Origin: the human T2T-CHM13v2.0 reference genome, Homo sapiens
Assembly: GCF_009914755.1 (NCBI RefSeq)
Contig: NC_060938.1
Reading direction: 5' to 3' (one strand)
DNA: 64,000 nt
A program made the position numbers and the translations under genes. The notes beneath the pieces were generated by a model, which was given only the letters and a program-made list of their open reading frames with translations, did not search any database and was not told the origin of the DNA. Shown here one piece after another: positions 1 through 13,843 of the stretch. How positions within the stretch are numbered: the first letter of the stretch is position 1; every line of letters starts with the position of its first letter.

Positions 1-1262
1 GTCACATATCCCAAACCCTGGTTTAGTAAGGATAAAAGCATCATGGAGAAAATCCACCCATTGGCACACGGGGTAGATTCTGTGTTTCCTTTTTTGCCAT
101 ATAATCCCTTGGCTGTTCCTTTGATCAGCAGTGCAAATCCTAATTAAGGTTTCATCTGATAATTTGATTTCATGATAAAGATCTATTCTCAGTCAGGAGC
201 TTTGCCTCTTTAAATTCCCGAGGTTAATGAAAATCACTAATCCAATGGATAAACAGGCAATGGAAAAGTCAAATCATAACTTTCATGTTTTCAGAAATAC
301 TGTGATTTAAGGGTTTTTGGAGACTCTTCTGATGAAGCAAGATTAAGATGCAAATTTTACTGAGAGGGAAGAGAAAACTTCCTAAGTAGGAAAGGAAATT
401 ATGAAAATGACATTGCTGTCTTCAAAGTACAGTAATTTCTAGTGCCACAAATCTCCCAGGTGTTGAGGTAGTTCCCCTCCAAATGACAGGAGAGGGCAAG
501 AAGGTGAAGTTGAACCTTGTAGAATAAGAATAATGCAAATAATTCTGAGAATGAAACCTAGACCCTTGCTTCCCATCCACTTGTCATGTGACCCCTGAGT
601 TTCTGAGCAGATCCCCTCAACTCTGAGTTTGATCAATGACGAGTTCATCAAGAAAAGGTCACATTCTTTTATCGAGAAATGAACAATGAACAAACTAGGG
701 AAGTAAATTGATGGATTTTTCTTTTTAGAATCCTATTAGTTCTGGGAAAATTCCAAAAGACTTTTATAACATTCCCCAAATGGCCAGAGCTAATAGCAGA
801 GTTCAGCATATTAACATTCAGAGGAATGAATCCATATTTATTTCATGAAATTTAATTATATACTAGAAGAAAAAAGAACCAAGAGGGACATAAAAGAGAT
901 AATACCAATGTATTGAGAAAATAAGCAAAAGAACATTTTCTGGGAGACAGAAAGAAAGAGGATAAAACAGAAGCTAAGCTTAAATATACCCATGACCAGT
1001 TGCTTTGAATATTACTGGGAAGCACTGGGAAGACCAAATGAATTTAAGAAAATGTGTTCTATACATTTTCCTTTCATTTTACTAAAACATTGAAAATCAT
1101 TGAAACACATGTTTGCCTTATGCCATCTAAGAAATTACCTGTCAAGAAAAACACACATGGAACACATTTACACAAACATATCCTCAAAATCTAGATTAAA
1201 AAGTAAATACATCTGCATTTGTCTGTTTTACCCTGGAAAGTCACTGGTTCTAATTTTTCTCT

Positions 1263-1264
<2 letters not shown>

Positions 1265-1302
<38 letters not shown>
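1265..1302. repeat. (GT)n microsatellite
   Basis: About 19 uninterrupted GT units. Confidence 0.97.
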
Positions 1303-1305
<3 letters not shown>

Positions 1306-2353
1306 CATATATAATTTCCAACTCATTTATGTGAAAACTTTTTTTTTGAGCAGTGGAGTTGGGAAATAGGATATGGAGTATACTTTTTATTTAGAATTAT
1401 AGAAAGATCAGTAATGATGGCAAAGTTGCTGCCTGCTGCAAGCCCTTGGGTGCATTTTATGACAGAGGTTCGTGGCTGGAGGCTATTTTCAAGTAAATGT
1501 AAATCATCAGTCATTGAAAAATCTAGTACTAATTGAGCCTCTTGTCATAATGCTCAGCTAAGAATCTCCCTGCTTTCTCATTTAAAAACAGTGGCTCTTT
1601 CCTAGCCAAGTAAAGAAGGGAAACTATCAGGGAAACATGACATGACCCAATAATGAAAAGAAATTTATTCTCCATTTTTCAAGCTGAAGAAATAGCTTTG
1701 ACTCTGACCTGAAAACAAGGTATATATGTATTGGGCTGGGGCAGTGGTGGTGGATATTGATACCTGTATACCTTTTTGAACCAAGCACTCAGTGCTCTCT
1801 CTTTTGGGGAGAGAAAGCCACAGCAACATTTATTCACATAACACATCCAGAAGTTTAACTTATCCTCCTTTTAAAAAGTGGTTTGCCTGTTTTTCTCTAT
1901 CAGACATAGTCCAGGCTCCATCTAAATCTAAATGGCTTAAATCATGTACAGTGGACTCTAAATAGAGTACATCTAAATGTAAAGTGGTTACAGGAATAAA
2001 ACAATTGGGTTTTATAATAGACTCTTTATTTCAATCCAGAAGTAAACAACTCTTGTGTAAATAACTGCTCCATGGGAACCAGTCTCCCCACCCTTGAATA
2101 AAACAGCTTAAGGTTTAGAACCAAGAATATTTGCAGATTGAATAACTTTTATAAAATTCAAATGATCAATACAATTACTGTGTATTGATATTGAAATGAA
2201 ATGAAAAGTGTTTATTTAAATTTTTCTATGGACAAGGCATTTTGCTAGGGTAAGATAAGAAGATTCAGCGTAGATTCAATGACATCAGCCTTCTAATAAT
2301 GCAAATATCTGTTGTAAGGAAAATACTATTCCCAATTGCAGTAACCATACAAA

Positions 2354-2361
2354 TATATATA

Positions 2362-2417
<56 letters not shown>

Positions 2418-2425
2418 TATATATA
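2354..2425. repeat. Compound microsatellite (TA)4(TG)8(TA)13(CA)7(TA)4
   Basis: Read directly; nearly self-complementary. Confidence 0.95.
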
Positions 2426-2498
2426 CACATACACATGAGATAGCAAATAAATGGATAGAAGCACCTATACATATATACATAAAAGCTATGTAACTGAG

Positions 2499-2760
2499 AG
2501 GCAGTGTGGTATAGTGGTTAAGCATACAGATTTGAACCGTACTACCTATGTGTGGATATTAGCTCAAAGACTTTCTTATGTGACCCTTAGGCAAGTTATT
2601 TAACCTTTGAGCATCTCAGTTTCATCATCTGTATTGTGTCTGATATACAGATGATGAAACAAGAGTGTTATGATGCATAAATAAGTTAATCCATGTGAAG
2701 TGCTTATTGCAGTGCCTGGGAAATGTAAATGCTCCAAGTATCTGCCAATATGATTATTAT
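2499..2760 (+). mobile_element. MIR SINE
   Basis: gcagtgtggtatagtggttaagc start; core tgtgacccttaggcaagttatttaacctttgagcatctcagtttcatcatctgt. Confidence 0.85.
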
Positions 2761-2797
2761 AAAAGTCACAACAAATATTAAATATATACACATAGAT

Positions 2798-2800
<3 letters not shown>

Positions 2801-2841
<41 letters not shown>
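2801..2841. repeat. (AT)n microsatellite
   Basis: About 20 AT units. Confidence 0.97.
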
Positions 2842-2842
<1 letters not shown>

Positions 2843-3204
2843 TATTTACAAGAACACTTATGATAATATACCTGTTTTCCAGTTAGTTAAATCTAATTAG
2901 AAAAGAGATGCTATAAAGTTATTGGCATTAAAGTGGAGAAATCTAAATTTAAAAATGAAATACTACTAACAGTTAAACATGGTGGACTGAACTCTTGCAT
3001 TTATCTTTGCATCTTTCCAAAACCCCATTAAAATGAGTATAAACTATTTTTAAAAAATTGTTAACCAATGAAAACAGAGAAATGGAAGGTGTCTCTATAA
3101 GTGAACCAGCAACAGCATTCTTGCTTGTGCTGTAGAACCTCAGGAAAACTCCAGAACTAGGAGCACTATGGACATAAGAAAAGAGTAAAACTGGTCAAAA
3201 ATAT

Positions 3205-3740
3205 TGTTACCCGAAAGGTGTCCCAATCCAGATCCCAAGAGGGATTCTTGGACCTTGCACAAGAAAGAATTCAGGACAAGTCGGTAAAGTGAAAATAAAT
3301 TTATTGAGAAAGTAAGGGGTAAGGGGATAAAGAATGGCTACTCCATTCCCCAACAGCCCCAAGCTGTTGGTTGGTCATTTTAATGGTTATTTCTTGAATA
3401 TATGCTAAACAAGAGGTGGATTTTCATGTATCCTCTTTTTAGACCATATAGGGTAACTTCCTGACATTGCCATGGTATTTGTAAACTGTCATGGTGCTGG
3501 TGGGAGTATAGCAGTGAGGATGACCAGAGGTCACTCTCATTGCCATTTTGGTTTGGTGAGTTTTAGCTGCCTTCTTTACTGGAGCAAGGTCTTTATGACC
3601 TGTATCTTGTGCTGACCTCCTGTCTCATCCTGTGACTTAGAATGACTTAACCTCCTGGGAATGCAGCTCAGCAGGTCTCAGCCTTATTTTACCCAGCCCC
3701 TATTCAAGATGGAGTTGCTCTGGCTCAAGAGCCTCTGACA
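3205..3740 (-). mobile_element. 3' LTR, MER41A-like
   Basis: Reverse complement begins TGTCAGAGGC..GAGCAACTCCATCTTGAATAGGGGCTGGGTAAAATAAGGCTGAGACC and ends CCTTTCGGGTAACA; 536 bp. Confidence 0.9.
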
Positions 3741-3757
3741 TATCCCCCCTTCCTTTT
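3741..3757 (-). promoter_or_regulatory. Polypurine tract of MER41 provirus
   Basis: Minus strand AAAAGGAAGGGGGGATA abuts the 3' LTR. Confidence 0.85.
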
Positions 3758-6700
3758 ATAAGAGAACCCTTAATCCTAACAGTTGCAGAGGGACGAAGAT
3801 CCATCTTCTGTAACTTCTTCATGCTGAATAGGGGTGATGACATTCCTGCCTAACTATTAGCATCTCTTCTATTCAGGGTAAAGAGTAGCTTAGTCAGAAA
3901 GCATCAGTATGCTGAGGGGCCATTCATAACTCTGAGTTCCAGCAGAAGGTGATATCTGGAAGATTAATAAGTATTTAAGAGAACATTCAGTAAGCTTATT
4001 CTGCATTCCTACACAAAGAGTAAAACAGCAATGTATTCCACAACAGTAAAGCAAAATAAGTAATATTATGCCAAGTAAACTAAATTAGAAGGCTTCTCAT
4101 GAACTGGGCAACTGTTGGAACCAAGTTGATATGGGGTTGCCAGCTGATTCCAATAGAATTAGAATGCTGATCCAGATTTTTACATTACCCATTCCTCTTG
4201 TTTCTTCTGAGCTGCAGCCAGAGATCAGAGATCACTGGTTGTTTCACAGGAATAGGCAGTCAGTCTAAATTGCAGAAACAAACTTTAAAACAACTGATGA
4301 TACTAGAATCTAATAATAGGTATACCATAGTTCTTGAAACAATTTTTCTCTCTCTGGTCTCCAATTTTTACTAAAGACAAATCATGCTAATACTGATTTA
4401 CTTTATTACCCTTGGTCTGATTATTTGTATAAAGTGCAGCAAGAATAATTGTTTTTCACATAGGCATTTTAAATTGGCTTTGATGGAACTTTGTTCCACA
4501 GAAGGAGTTTCAGATAAAGCTTTTTTTAAAGCTGAGACCAGCCATAAGTTCGTACCATCAAATACCTATGAATTGAGTAAATTTCTCTCTTCTTAAGGTC
4601 CCAAGATAACTTGGGGCTCCTGGGCCTGTGAGAAAGTGACATTCTTTACTTACCACAGATTAGGAACCCTGCACAGGGACTGTGCTGTATAGACAAGGGA
4701 TGAGGCCAGTTTTCCCAAGGGGCTTTTATTGGCTCTACAAGTCAAGTTTTATTCCTTAAAGGAAAGCATATCATTCCAGCCAAAGCCTTGGTAAAATAAC
4801 CATTTCAATTGTGCCCTGTTGCAAAAGAAAACAGATTCTTATTGCATTTATGCAAATATTGCCATAAATTAAGAATACTCACAAAAAGTTTCCAAATTCT
4901 GGAGAAACTAAGTAGACAGAAACAAATATTCTCCAAATTTTGTTTATAGGAATATACTTTACTCAATTGTTAAAAGCTGTAAACAGCTCAAAAGAAAAGT
5001 TTCCTTGACTCTGAAAAACAAAACAATGGATCAGCAACATTTTAACCAAAGCAAAAAAATATTACTTCAGTCTTCTATCTGTTTAGTCAATATAGTTAAC
5101 TCCTTTTCTGCTTGACATTCATGAACATTTCAGCTCTCCATGAGAGTCCTGAAAGTTTTTTCCCCATTTTGATGTTACAATTTCCAAAGTTATCAGAAAT
5201 CTGCATTTAAGAATACCTGTTAGAGTTCTATAGTTGATTATAAAACCATCTTTTAAAGAGGATTGAAACAAGACAACAATTGTTTCTAGATGATAAGAAG
5301 TCTTAGGATAGCCTCTCTTAAAGCCACAATTGATATGGAAATTTTCGTTACTTTTGTGGCACACATAATTTATTATAATTATAATTATTACTGATAATGT
5401 ACACTAAGTCATATCAGAATTATAGTAGTTACCCATAATTTTGGAACACATACCAATAATATATTTATATAAATACAGCCCAAAGAAAGCCAAATACCAT
5501 TTCTTATTTGACAATGCTTCCTGTATGATTTTTATACCAAATAAGCCAAATTTTACCTTTACATTAGTACTATTAATGTTAATCCTAATTCTTAATAAAA
5601 CCTTATAAACCAATCTATTTAACCTTACTCACTTTGAACATAAGGTAAGATTCTTATAAACCTTTTATAACACTTTACAATTTTTGTTAAAGAACAGATA
5701 AATGCTCTAAGAAAAACCTGTTGTGCTTTTATTCCAATGTTCAATTTATGGAAAAACTGAATAACACCTCTTTTACTTTAGCCAATATGTGCACACACAG
5801 AATTTCTTTTACAAGCTTATTTTTTCACAAACCTTACACAATTTTCTCAAAGCTTCAGCTTATCTAACTTAAAACAATCCTTTAACCCTTGAAACTTAGG
5901 CAAGAAATCCACATTCCTGTGCCTTCTTATAATCTTTTACCAAAAACACATTTCACTTTTCTTACACACCTTGCATGTAAAACTGTTTTTTAAGTAGTCT
6001 CAATTACATATTATAATGTTAACTCTTAGTGACTTTTACTTTTGGTGAAAACCTTGGTAAGTCAGCGATTTTAATTATGAACCAGGTGTGGAGCCTAGGA
6101 CCCAGATGGAAGTGCAGATAACATCTCACTGTTTCCAGCATAGCTAGGAGGCATGGCTAACTCCACATGTCCCAGGCCTTACCTAGCTGCAAAGCAGGCA
6201 AGCTGTATGGTTAAGAGTCATAGTGGCATATTATGAAGCATGTAGGAAGCCTGACAACCCTCAAATTGTACAGCATTTCTTGCATAAATTCCTTTCACAA
6301 ATTCTTTCATGACTTACACAGACAGTATACAATGTGCTTGGACTTTCTGACTTGACCTAAATATCTTTTTAAGCAACCAGTCATTTTACTTTAGAAATAG
6401 AATTTACCATACATGATCCTTTCTTATATAAGGATCTTTATAACCTTCTTTGCATAGCTAGGAGATATGGCTAATTCCACATGTCCCTAGGCCTTATCTA
6501 GAATCTAATGGCTTCAAGATAAGTAAAATGAACAATTTTCAAAAGTCAAAGAAGCAGTTTATCATGATAAAGCATTTAGCCTACGTTATATCTGACCTGC
6601 ACAATTTAGACCAAATGTTTACATTTTTGAAGAAATTTTTATTTTACTAATAATCTTTAAAACTGTTTTTATTTCCCAAAGATTACTAAAAGTCACATGA

Positions 6701-7142
6701 ACTAAAAGGGATTACACTTTCTACTCTTCTGACAAAATATTTTGTTTAAGCTCTTATTATTAAGCCAATTAATCAAAACTCTTTCATATTACACACAACA
6801 CATATAAATACACCGACAGAAAGAAGACCCTGTAGTTGTAAGGCTTATCACTTGCAAATTTTTATGTTTCTCTTTAAAGCATGCACTTCCTAGGGTCTAA
6901 TAAGCAGGCACAGCTGGAACTGACCAGTTCGCTGGGCCATTCTGAACAACAAGCTTACGAGGTCCTAGGCTCACATTTTATCTTAAGGTATCCCTCTTTA
7001 TGACAGAGCAATACAGAAAGACACACAAAGTACACTAGATTCACTACAGCTCAAGATGAGTCTCATGAATCCTTCTTCCCATTAATCAAAACTTTACAGA
7101 GGTGATAAACAATGATTTTTGCCATTCATTCAACCAGTTTGC

Positions 7143-7179
7143 AGAGAGAGAGAGAGAGACAGACAGAGAGAGAGAGAGA
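7143..7179. repeat. (AG)n microsatellite within provirus interior
   Basis: agagagagagagagagacagacagagagagagagaga. Confidence 0.9.
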
Positions 7180-8089
7180 CACCAGAAGTTTGGTAAGAAA
7201 TTTTTACTATGCCAGGCTTCTGGGTTCCCCTTCCCTGAGCAAACCTGGTAACCCAGCAAGCTGTATCACAGCCCTGGGTGCCAAGCCACAACACAAAGGA
7301 AAATTATGTTTTTCTTTTTGGCCAGAGCAAAATATGTGTGACAAAACATAGACATTAGCCACTCTGCTTAGCCCTCAATATCACATTGGCAAGGCTCAAA
7401 CTTGTCCCCAGTTGGGCTCAGTCATTGGTAATCCAACCTCTGACCAGGAGTCTCAGCTTGTGTTCTCTGGGCAAGATGGTCACCCTGAGTAATAGAAAAG
7501 ATAAGAAAGGGAAATGATCAAGAGAAAGGCAATGCCTGTTGCTGGGTGGGGAAGGCGAAGAGCTCAGGGAGGCCAGAGAAAGACCCACCCATTGCAGTGA
7601 CACTGAAAAGTTCGGGCAGCCACTTTTAGGTAGCCACTTTTAGGTAGTGACACTGTAAAGTTCAGGCAGCCATCAGCTTCAAGTTTCCCCCTCTGAGGAG
7701 GAAAAACTCCCCATGTCCCATGGTCCTGTATATGCTTAATCCTGTCACTCACAGCTGTCAAAAAAGAGTGCAAAGGGAGATTATTCCAAAGAGCAGAGCA
7801 GTTAACATCCTGTAGTGCCAAACCTGTTCTTAGCTGAGAGGGACTTTACTGAGAGAGACCTCTAACCTTCCTAGGATGGGCCTCAAACCCAAGTTTGATC
7901 AAGTGTCCTTGCCTTTTATTGAGAGGACTCTTTAACCCTCTCTGTATTAGGAAAGACTCTAACTCCCCTAAGTTGGGCCTCTAATCCAATCCCATCCTTT
8001 ACCCGGGTATATGCACCCCACTTACCCAAAGTCAGCCTATTGGTGCAGGCAGACGATTTTCCTTTGGGTCGGGGAATCTCTTCAGTATC

Positions 8090-8108
8090 ATCCCTTCAGG
8101 GTTCACCA
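8090..8108 (-). promoter_or_regulatory. Primer-binding site, tRNA-Arg-like
   Basis: Minus strand TGGTGAACCCTGAAGGGAT just after the 5' LTR; resembles the complement of the tRNA-Arg(TCG) 3' end (TGGCGACCACGAAGGGA, recalled). Confidence 0.65.
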
Positions 8109-8114
8109 GAAAGA

Positions 8115-8753
8115 TGTTACCAGAAAGGGGTCCTAATACAGATCCCAAGAGAGGGTTCTCAGATCTCACACAATAAATCATTTGAGGCAAATCCATATAG
8201 TAAAGTGAAAGGAAGTTAATTAAGGAAGCAAAGGTATAGCAGCCCTTAGGGTTGCTGATTGCCCATTTTTATGGTTATGTCTTTTTAGAGATAAGATCTT
8301 GCTATGTTTACCCGGCTGGTCTTCAACTTCTGGCCTAAAGTGATCCTCCTGCCTCTGCCTCACAAAGCACTGGGATTATAGGCATGAGCCATGTGCCCAG
8401 CATTTTATGGTTATTTCGTGATTATATTCTAAATAGGGTGGATTATTCATTCCTCCCCTTTTTAGACCATATAGTGTAACATCCTGATATTTGTAAACTG
8501 TCATGGCACTGGAGGGAGTGTAACAGTGGGGATGCACAGATGTCACTCTCATTGCCCTCTTGGTTTTGGTGAGTTTTAGCTGGCTTCTTTACTGCAGCAA
8601 GATCTTTATGACCTGTATCTTGTGCCAAGCTCCTATCTCATCCTGTGACTTAGAATGCCTTAACCTCCTGGGAATGCATCCCAGCAGGTCTCAGCCTTAT
8701 TTTACCCAGCCCTTATTCAAGATGGAGCTGCTCTTGTTCAAACACCTCTGACA
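8115..8753 (-). mobile_element. 5' LTR, MER41A-like, interrupted by an Alu monomer
   Basis: Direct repeat of 3205-3740 with an extra insert of about 120 bp. Confidence 0.9.
8281..8401 (-). mobile_element. FLAM_C-like Alu left monomer
   Basis: Reverse complement GCTGGGCACATGGCTCATGCCTATAATCCCAG...AACATAGCAAGATCTTATCTCTAAAAAG; flanked by duplicated ttttatggttat. Confidence 0.8.
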
Positions 8754-9440
8754 GTATGTATAAAGAGCCTTGGAGCTCCCCTTTTTCCTCCCCAACTCTT
8801 GCAAACAGGTGACTAGCACTTCCCTCTATCTCCCCCATGACAGATACATAAGATACGCACACACACACACACACACACAACAAGAGTTTTGGCTGGAAAA
8901 TTGAACCAAAGAAACCCTGGACTTACCAGTATCAAGCACACAGAAATAGAAACTGAAAACAGGGGTCAAATCAGTCTCTATATCAAATCATTAGCTTCCT
9001 AGCTTCCTAGCCCCCGACACTGAATCATACCCTCAGCACCCAGAGTCCTGCTCCCTGGCTTACACCCATAGGTAGGAAGCTGTAGGATTTCTCATTGATA
9101 AAGTGCAATTGAAGATAATACTGTTCGGAAGTCCACTAATTAAATGACCACATTCAGTTGGTGGAAACCTCTAAAGGAACACACGGAAATTTCCATCTGC
9201 CTTTAGTGCCTTACTTTTAAATATGAAGGGGGAGCCAGGCTTTCATTGTAGAATAAAGCCTCTATGACATACAAGAGAAAAGAACACAGACAAGCATCAA
9301 GAAAACTTGGATAAAATAGACATAAGAAGTTGAAAAAAGTATAAATATTCTGAGAATAATAAAAAATTCATTTATAAAAGAGTTAATTGTGAAATTTGGA
9401 TACCAAGAAGACAAAACAATAAATTAAACAGAAAACAAGG
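8754..9440 (+). mobile_element. Probable ancient L1M 5'/ORF1 remnant, continuing about 2970-3204 across the provirus
   Basis: A-rich L1-like sequence on both sides of the provirus; highly diverged. Confidence 0.35.
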
Positions 9441-10071
9441 CAATTATGGAGTTGGAATCTGAGGATTAGTAGTAAATATATTCATCTGGCATCTCTCTTC
9501 CTGGGATACCAAAAATCATTGTTTTCTGCTGGAAAACACACACCCTTTCTTTCCCCTCACCCTCCATGCATATGGCCAAAAAAGTGAGAATGTAGAAATC
9601 TGAAGACAGACATCTGCCCTAAAGTTTCTGGAGAGTCAAAGACACTCTTACATGTACCTCCAAACGAATAACTTACATCCTAAGGCAGTAGTAGAAAGAC
9701 ATTTTAAAATGATGAGAACTTTAGTAGAATTTCTTTTTGCAAATGACAGAAACCTAAGTCATGAAGCAAAGACGGGAATGCTTTAGGGATTAAGTGAGGG
9801 ACTAACGTGGGGCTCCCAATAACCCATGTGCATAGCAATTCCTAGAAAATGAGTGGCAGGAAATGTTAGATGTTCATTGATACGGCAAAACAGGGAGGTA
9901 CAATTTTCTGTTTAAAACAAGATCATAGCTTTGCCGAAGTGAGAGCTTTCAAGTAACGTGAGTAATTCAGGTGTCATTAAAATAACAATAGCTAAAACTG
10001 ATGTATTTGACATTGCTTACTTTATTCTTGTTGAGGAACATTGACTTTAATCAATTTTTTTTCATATAAAT

Positions 10072-10570
10072 TGTAAAGGAAATATTGCACCAGAAAAGTT
10101 AAACAGGTAGAGAAGACATTATTGGAAGACTATTCCAATAGGGAAAAGGGACTATTGTAATTGGGAAGAGAGGTGGAACTCAACTCCACTGAAACAAAAG
10201 GCAGGAGCATTTTTAAGTGCTGGAGGGTGTTAGTGGGGAGGCAAGACAATGTGATAAAACCATCTGAGTTCGCTAATTGACACTTATTGAAGTTAGGCTC
10301 TTATCCTCCCACAGAGACTGAGACATAGGGACTCTTTCTTTATGATTGCATTTCAAAGGGATGGCTCCCAGGTCCACAACATTTCTGGATGGTAAAACTG
10401 GCAAGAGACTGGGACAAGATTTACATCTAAAAGGTTCAAAGAAAGACTTTATAATTACAAGTTTTCTAAAGTAAATGCTTTAAGAAAGAGGAGGTCAGGG
10501 GCCTATAGTCAGGAAGAAACCAATCTGTAGTGTAGTCAAGCTGAGGTGAATGTGAAGGCCATTTTAGTGA
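10072..10570 (-). mobile_element. MER31-like solo LTR (ERV1)
   Basis: aagttttctaaagtaaatgctttaagaaagaggaggtcaggggcctatagtcaggaagaaac...agtcaagctgagg matches the MER31 reverse complement. Confidence 0.8.
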
Positions 10571-10621
10571 AACTTACATGTAGAGACGTAATAATTCTCT
10601 TTATTATAAATAAAATAGAAA

Positions 10622-10795
10622 AAGCATGGCATTTTGAGTCAAAATGATGAGGAATTCAAATTCTGGATCTTATTTCACCAGTCGTGTGAATTCCCATATA
10701 GTAGTCATGAACACAAATGTGCTAAATTAAATAATATACGTAGAGTGTTTGGCACAGTTCCAGACACAAAGTAAGAATTCAATAAATGTTACGGT
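10622..10795 (+). mobile_element. MIR fragments
   Basis: ttttgagtcaaa..ttcaaattctgg; 3' end ggcacagttccagacacaaagtaagaattcaataaatgtta. Confidence 0.65.
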
Positions 10796-10849
10796 TTGCT
10801 ATTATGAAAGAGACCCTGAAAATTAAATTCAGATAACGTTTCTGGGGTC

Positions 10850-11890
10850 TTCTGATATGATGCACTGGAAAGAACACAATTTTCCCTTTGCAGCATTTCC
10901 ACAATAAATGCATAACCTGATTCTGATTATGAGAAAATATCCCACAAACCCAGATTGAGGGGCATTTTACACAATAACTGACTTTTACTCTCAGAAGTTA
11001 TCCATGTCATTAGAAAAAGGAGAAACTCTCTTACAAATTAAAGTAGCCTAAAGAGACATGATATGATCTCGGATACAACATATGATCTGATATTTTCTTT
11101 TGCTATAAAGGATATTACTGTGACAATTGGCAAAATCTGAAAAAGATCAGCAGATTGGCTAAAATAGTAGTACTTTGCCAGGCTAAATTGTCTGATTTGG
11201 ATAAATTATATGGCAATTAAGAGAATAAGCTTACTTTTAGGAAGTATACACTGAGTATTCAGGAGTAAAGAGGCTTCCTGTCTACAACACATTCTCAAAA
11301 GGTTCAGAAAGGAATAATATGCATATGTAGAAAGAGAGGAAGAGTAAATTGTAGAGAAAATATAACATTTGGGGGCTATGGGTGAAGGATACATAAGGGT
11401 TTTTTATACAATTTGTGGTAACAGAATAATTCCTCCTCCCAAAAAATGTGTTAATCCTCAGAACCCACAAATATCTTAATCTGCCTGGCAAAACAGACTT
11501 TGCAGATGTAAATAAGTTAAGGATTTTGAGGTGGCGAGATTGTCCTGAGTTATCCAGATAGGCCCAGTGTAATCACAAACATTCTTACAAGTGAAAGATG
11601 ATGCAGGAGAGTCAGAGTCACAGAGAGATGTGAAGATGCCATAAAGGTGCCACGAACCAGGAAGTGCAAGTGCTTCTAGAAGATGCTAAAGGCAAGTGAA
11701 GGGATTTTTCTCAAGAGCCTCCAGAAGGAAGGCAGCCCTGCTGACACCTTGATTTTAACCCATTAAAACTAAATTTGCGATGTTTCAAGCCACACATTTG
11801 TGGTTGATACAACAGCAATAGAAAAGTAATACACTATTCTTGCAGGGTTTCTATAAGTCTGAAATTATTTCAAAGCAAGTTTTAAAAAAG
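10850..11890 (+). mobile_element. Old L1 (L1MC/ME) 3' UTR split by MLT1D
   Basis: cataacctgattctgattatgagaaaatatcccacaaacccagattgagggg; terminal tattcttgcagggtttctataagtctgaaattatttcaaa. Confidence 0.7.
11414..11833 (+). mobile_element. MLT1D-like MaLR solo LTR
   Basis: tgtggtaacagaataat...gactttgcagatgta..ttaaggattttgag...cagcaatagaaaagtaataca; 5-bp flanks caatt/ctatt. Confidence 0.85.
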
Positions 11891-13054
11891 TTCCTGGGGG
11901 ATTTTTTTTTTTAAAAGTCTTCTTTCAGGGGTTTTGTTCTAAATGTTCAGAGATGGAATTTTAGTTAAAATTGTGAAATAGCCATAAAAACTAAAGGTAA
12001 TTACACCAGACTCTAAGTAGGTATAACCAGGCTCTATTCACTAAAAGTCTACATTAACATGTACCACTGAGAATGTTTAGTAACTATTTTTAACTAATTT
12101 TAATAAAAGCCAGCATGCCAAAGATTATGGACAATGAATATTAGCATTCTAATTAGCATAACAGAAGTATTTATAACTATCTTATTATATATTATTTCTT
12201 TCAAAAGAGAAATTAATTGGAATAAAGTTCTCTTTTGTTATTATCTGATCCTTCCTCCCAACCAAAACGCCATTATATTTTGGACAATCATTCAAAACTT
12301 TATTCTTCAGCCCCAATTAAAACAAAGAGTAATATTTAACCTTTTATATTCAACCAAATAGGGGAGATAAGGTAATCAAAACTGCACAGGTAAATACTAA
12401 AGGGATCAATGGACACGGACACAAGGCTGAAATATAATTGTTTCACTGTGTTAAAAAGTGTAATGACTCAGAAGTTGCGGGTAAATTGTTGGTATTAACT
12501 GAGCAAGACTTCTTTAAAATGTCAGTTTTGATCTATGACTTGAAGTAGATGAAGAGTATGGTTTAGCATTTAATAAGCTAGTAAATTGGTAAAATTTATA
12601 TAGGTCAGGAAAAAGTTTGAGAGGTAGCTGAAAGAACTGAGTGTAGGAGAAGACAAGATCTTTTAGGGTTTTTATAGGCACATACCAAAAGATAAAAATA
12701 AATATGAGGTGTGATTGATGCCAAAAAAAAAAAAAAAGACTTAAAAGCTCAAAGTTAGGATTGAGTTAGAGTTCAATGGGAATTAAAATCCTAGAGAATA
12801 TTTTAGCTTCTGAAATCATGTTGAAGTATTGACTGCATTATGCTCTTTAATTTATAGTAAAGGTCTAAATGGCTTATTTGTCATTTTGCTGTTACTTCCC
12901 AATGCCACAGCTAATTACCTATTAATTACAGGGGACTGAAATAAAAGTATTTACCAAATTGGGTTTGTGCTGAATTGTCGGCAAGAGAAACAGGCTACAA
13001 TTTCTTTCTTTAATTAATACTTAAACTCTATTATGTTAAAACCTGGACAGGCTC

Positions 13055-13843
<789 letters not shown>

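Larger units (their letters stand above)
3205..8753 (-). mobile_element. MER41 (ERV1, MER4 group) two-LTR provirus with non-coding internal region
   Basis: Two direct LTRs bounded by TG...CA; PBS next to the right LTR and PPT next to the left LTR; 4-bp flanks ATAT/GTAT; no long ORF in the 4.4 kb interior. Confidence 0.92.

Noticed and set aside
2265-2525. CVCV/YIYI/THTH ORFs (also at 1100, 56626 and 56639)
   Set aside because: Microsatellite translations
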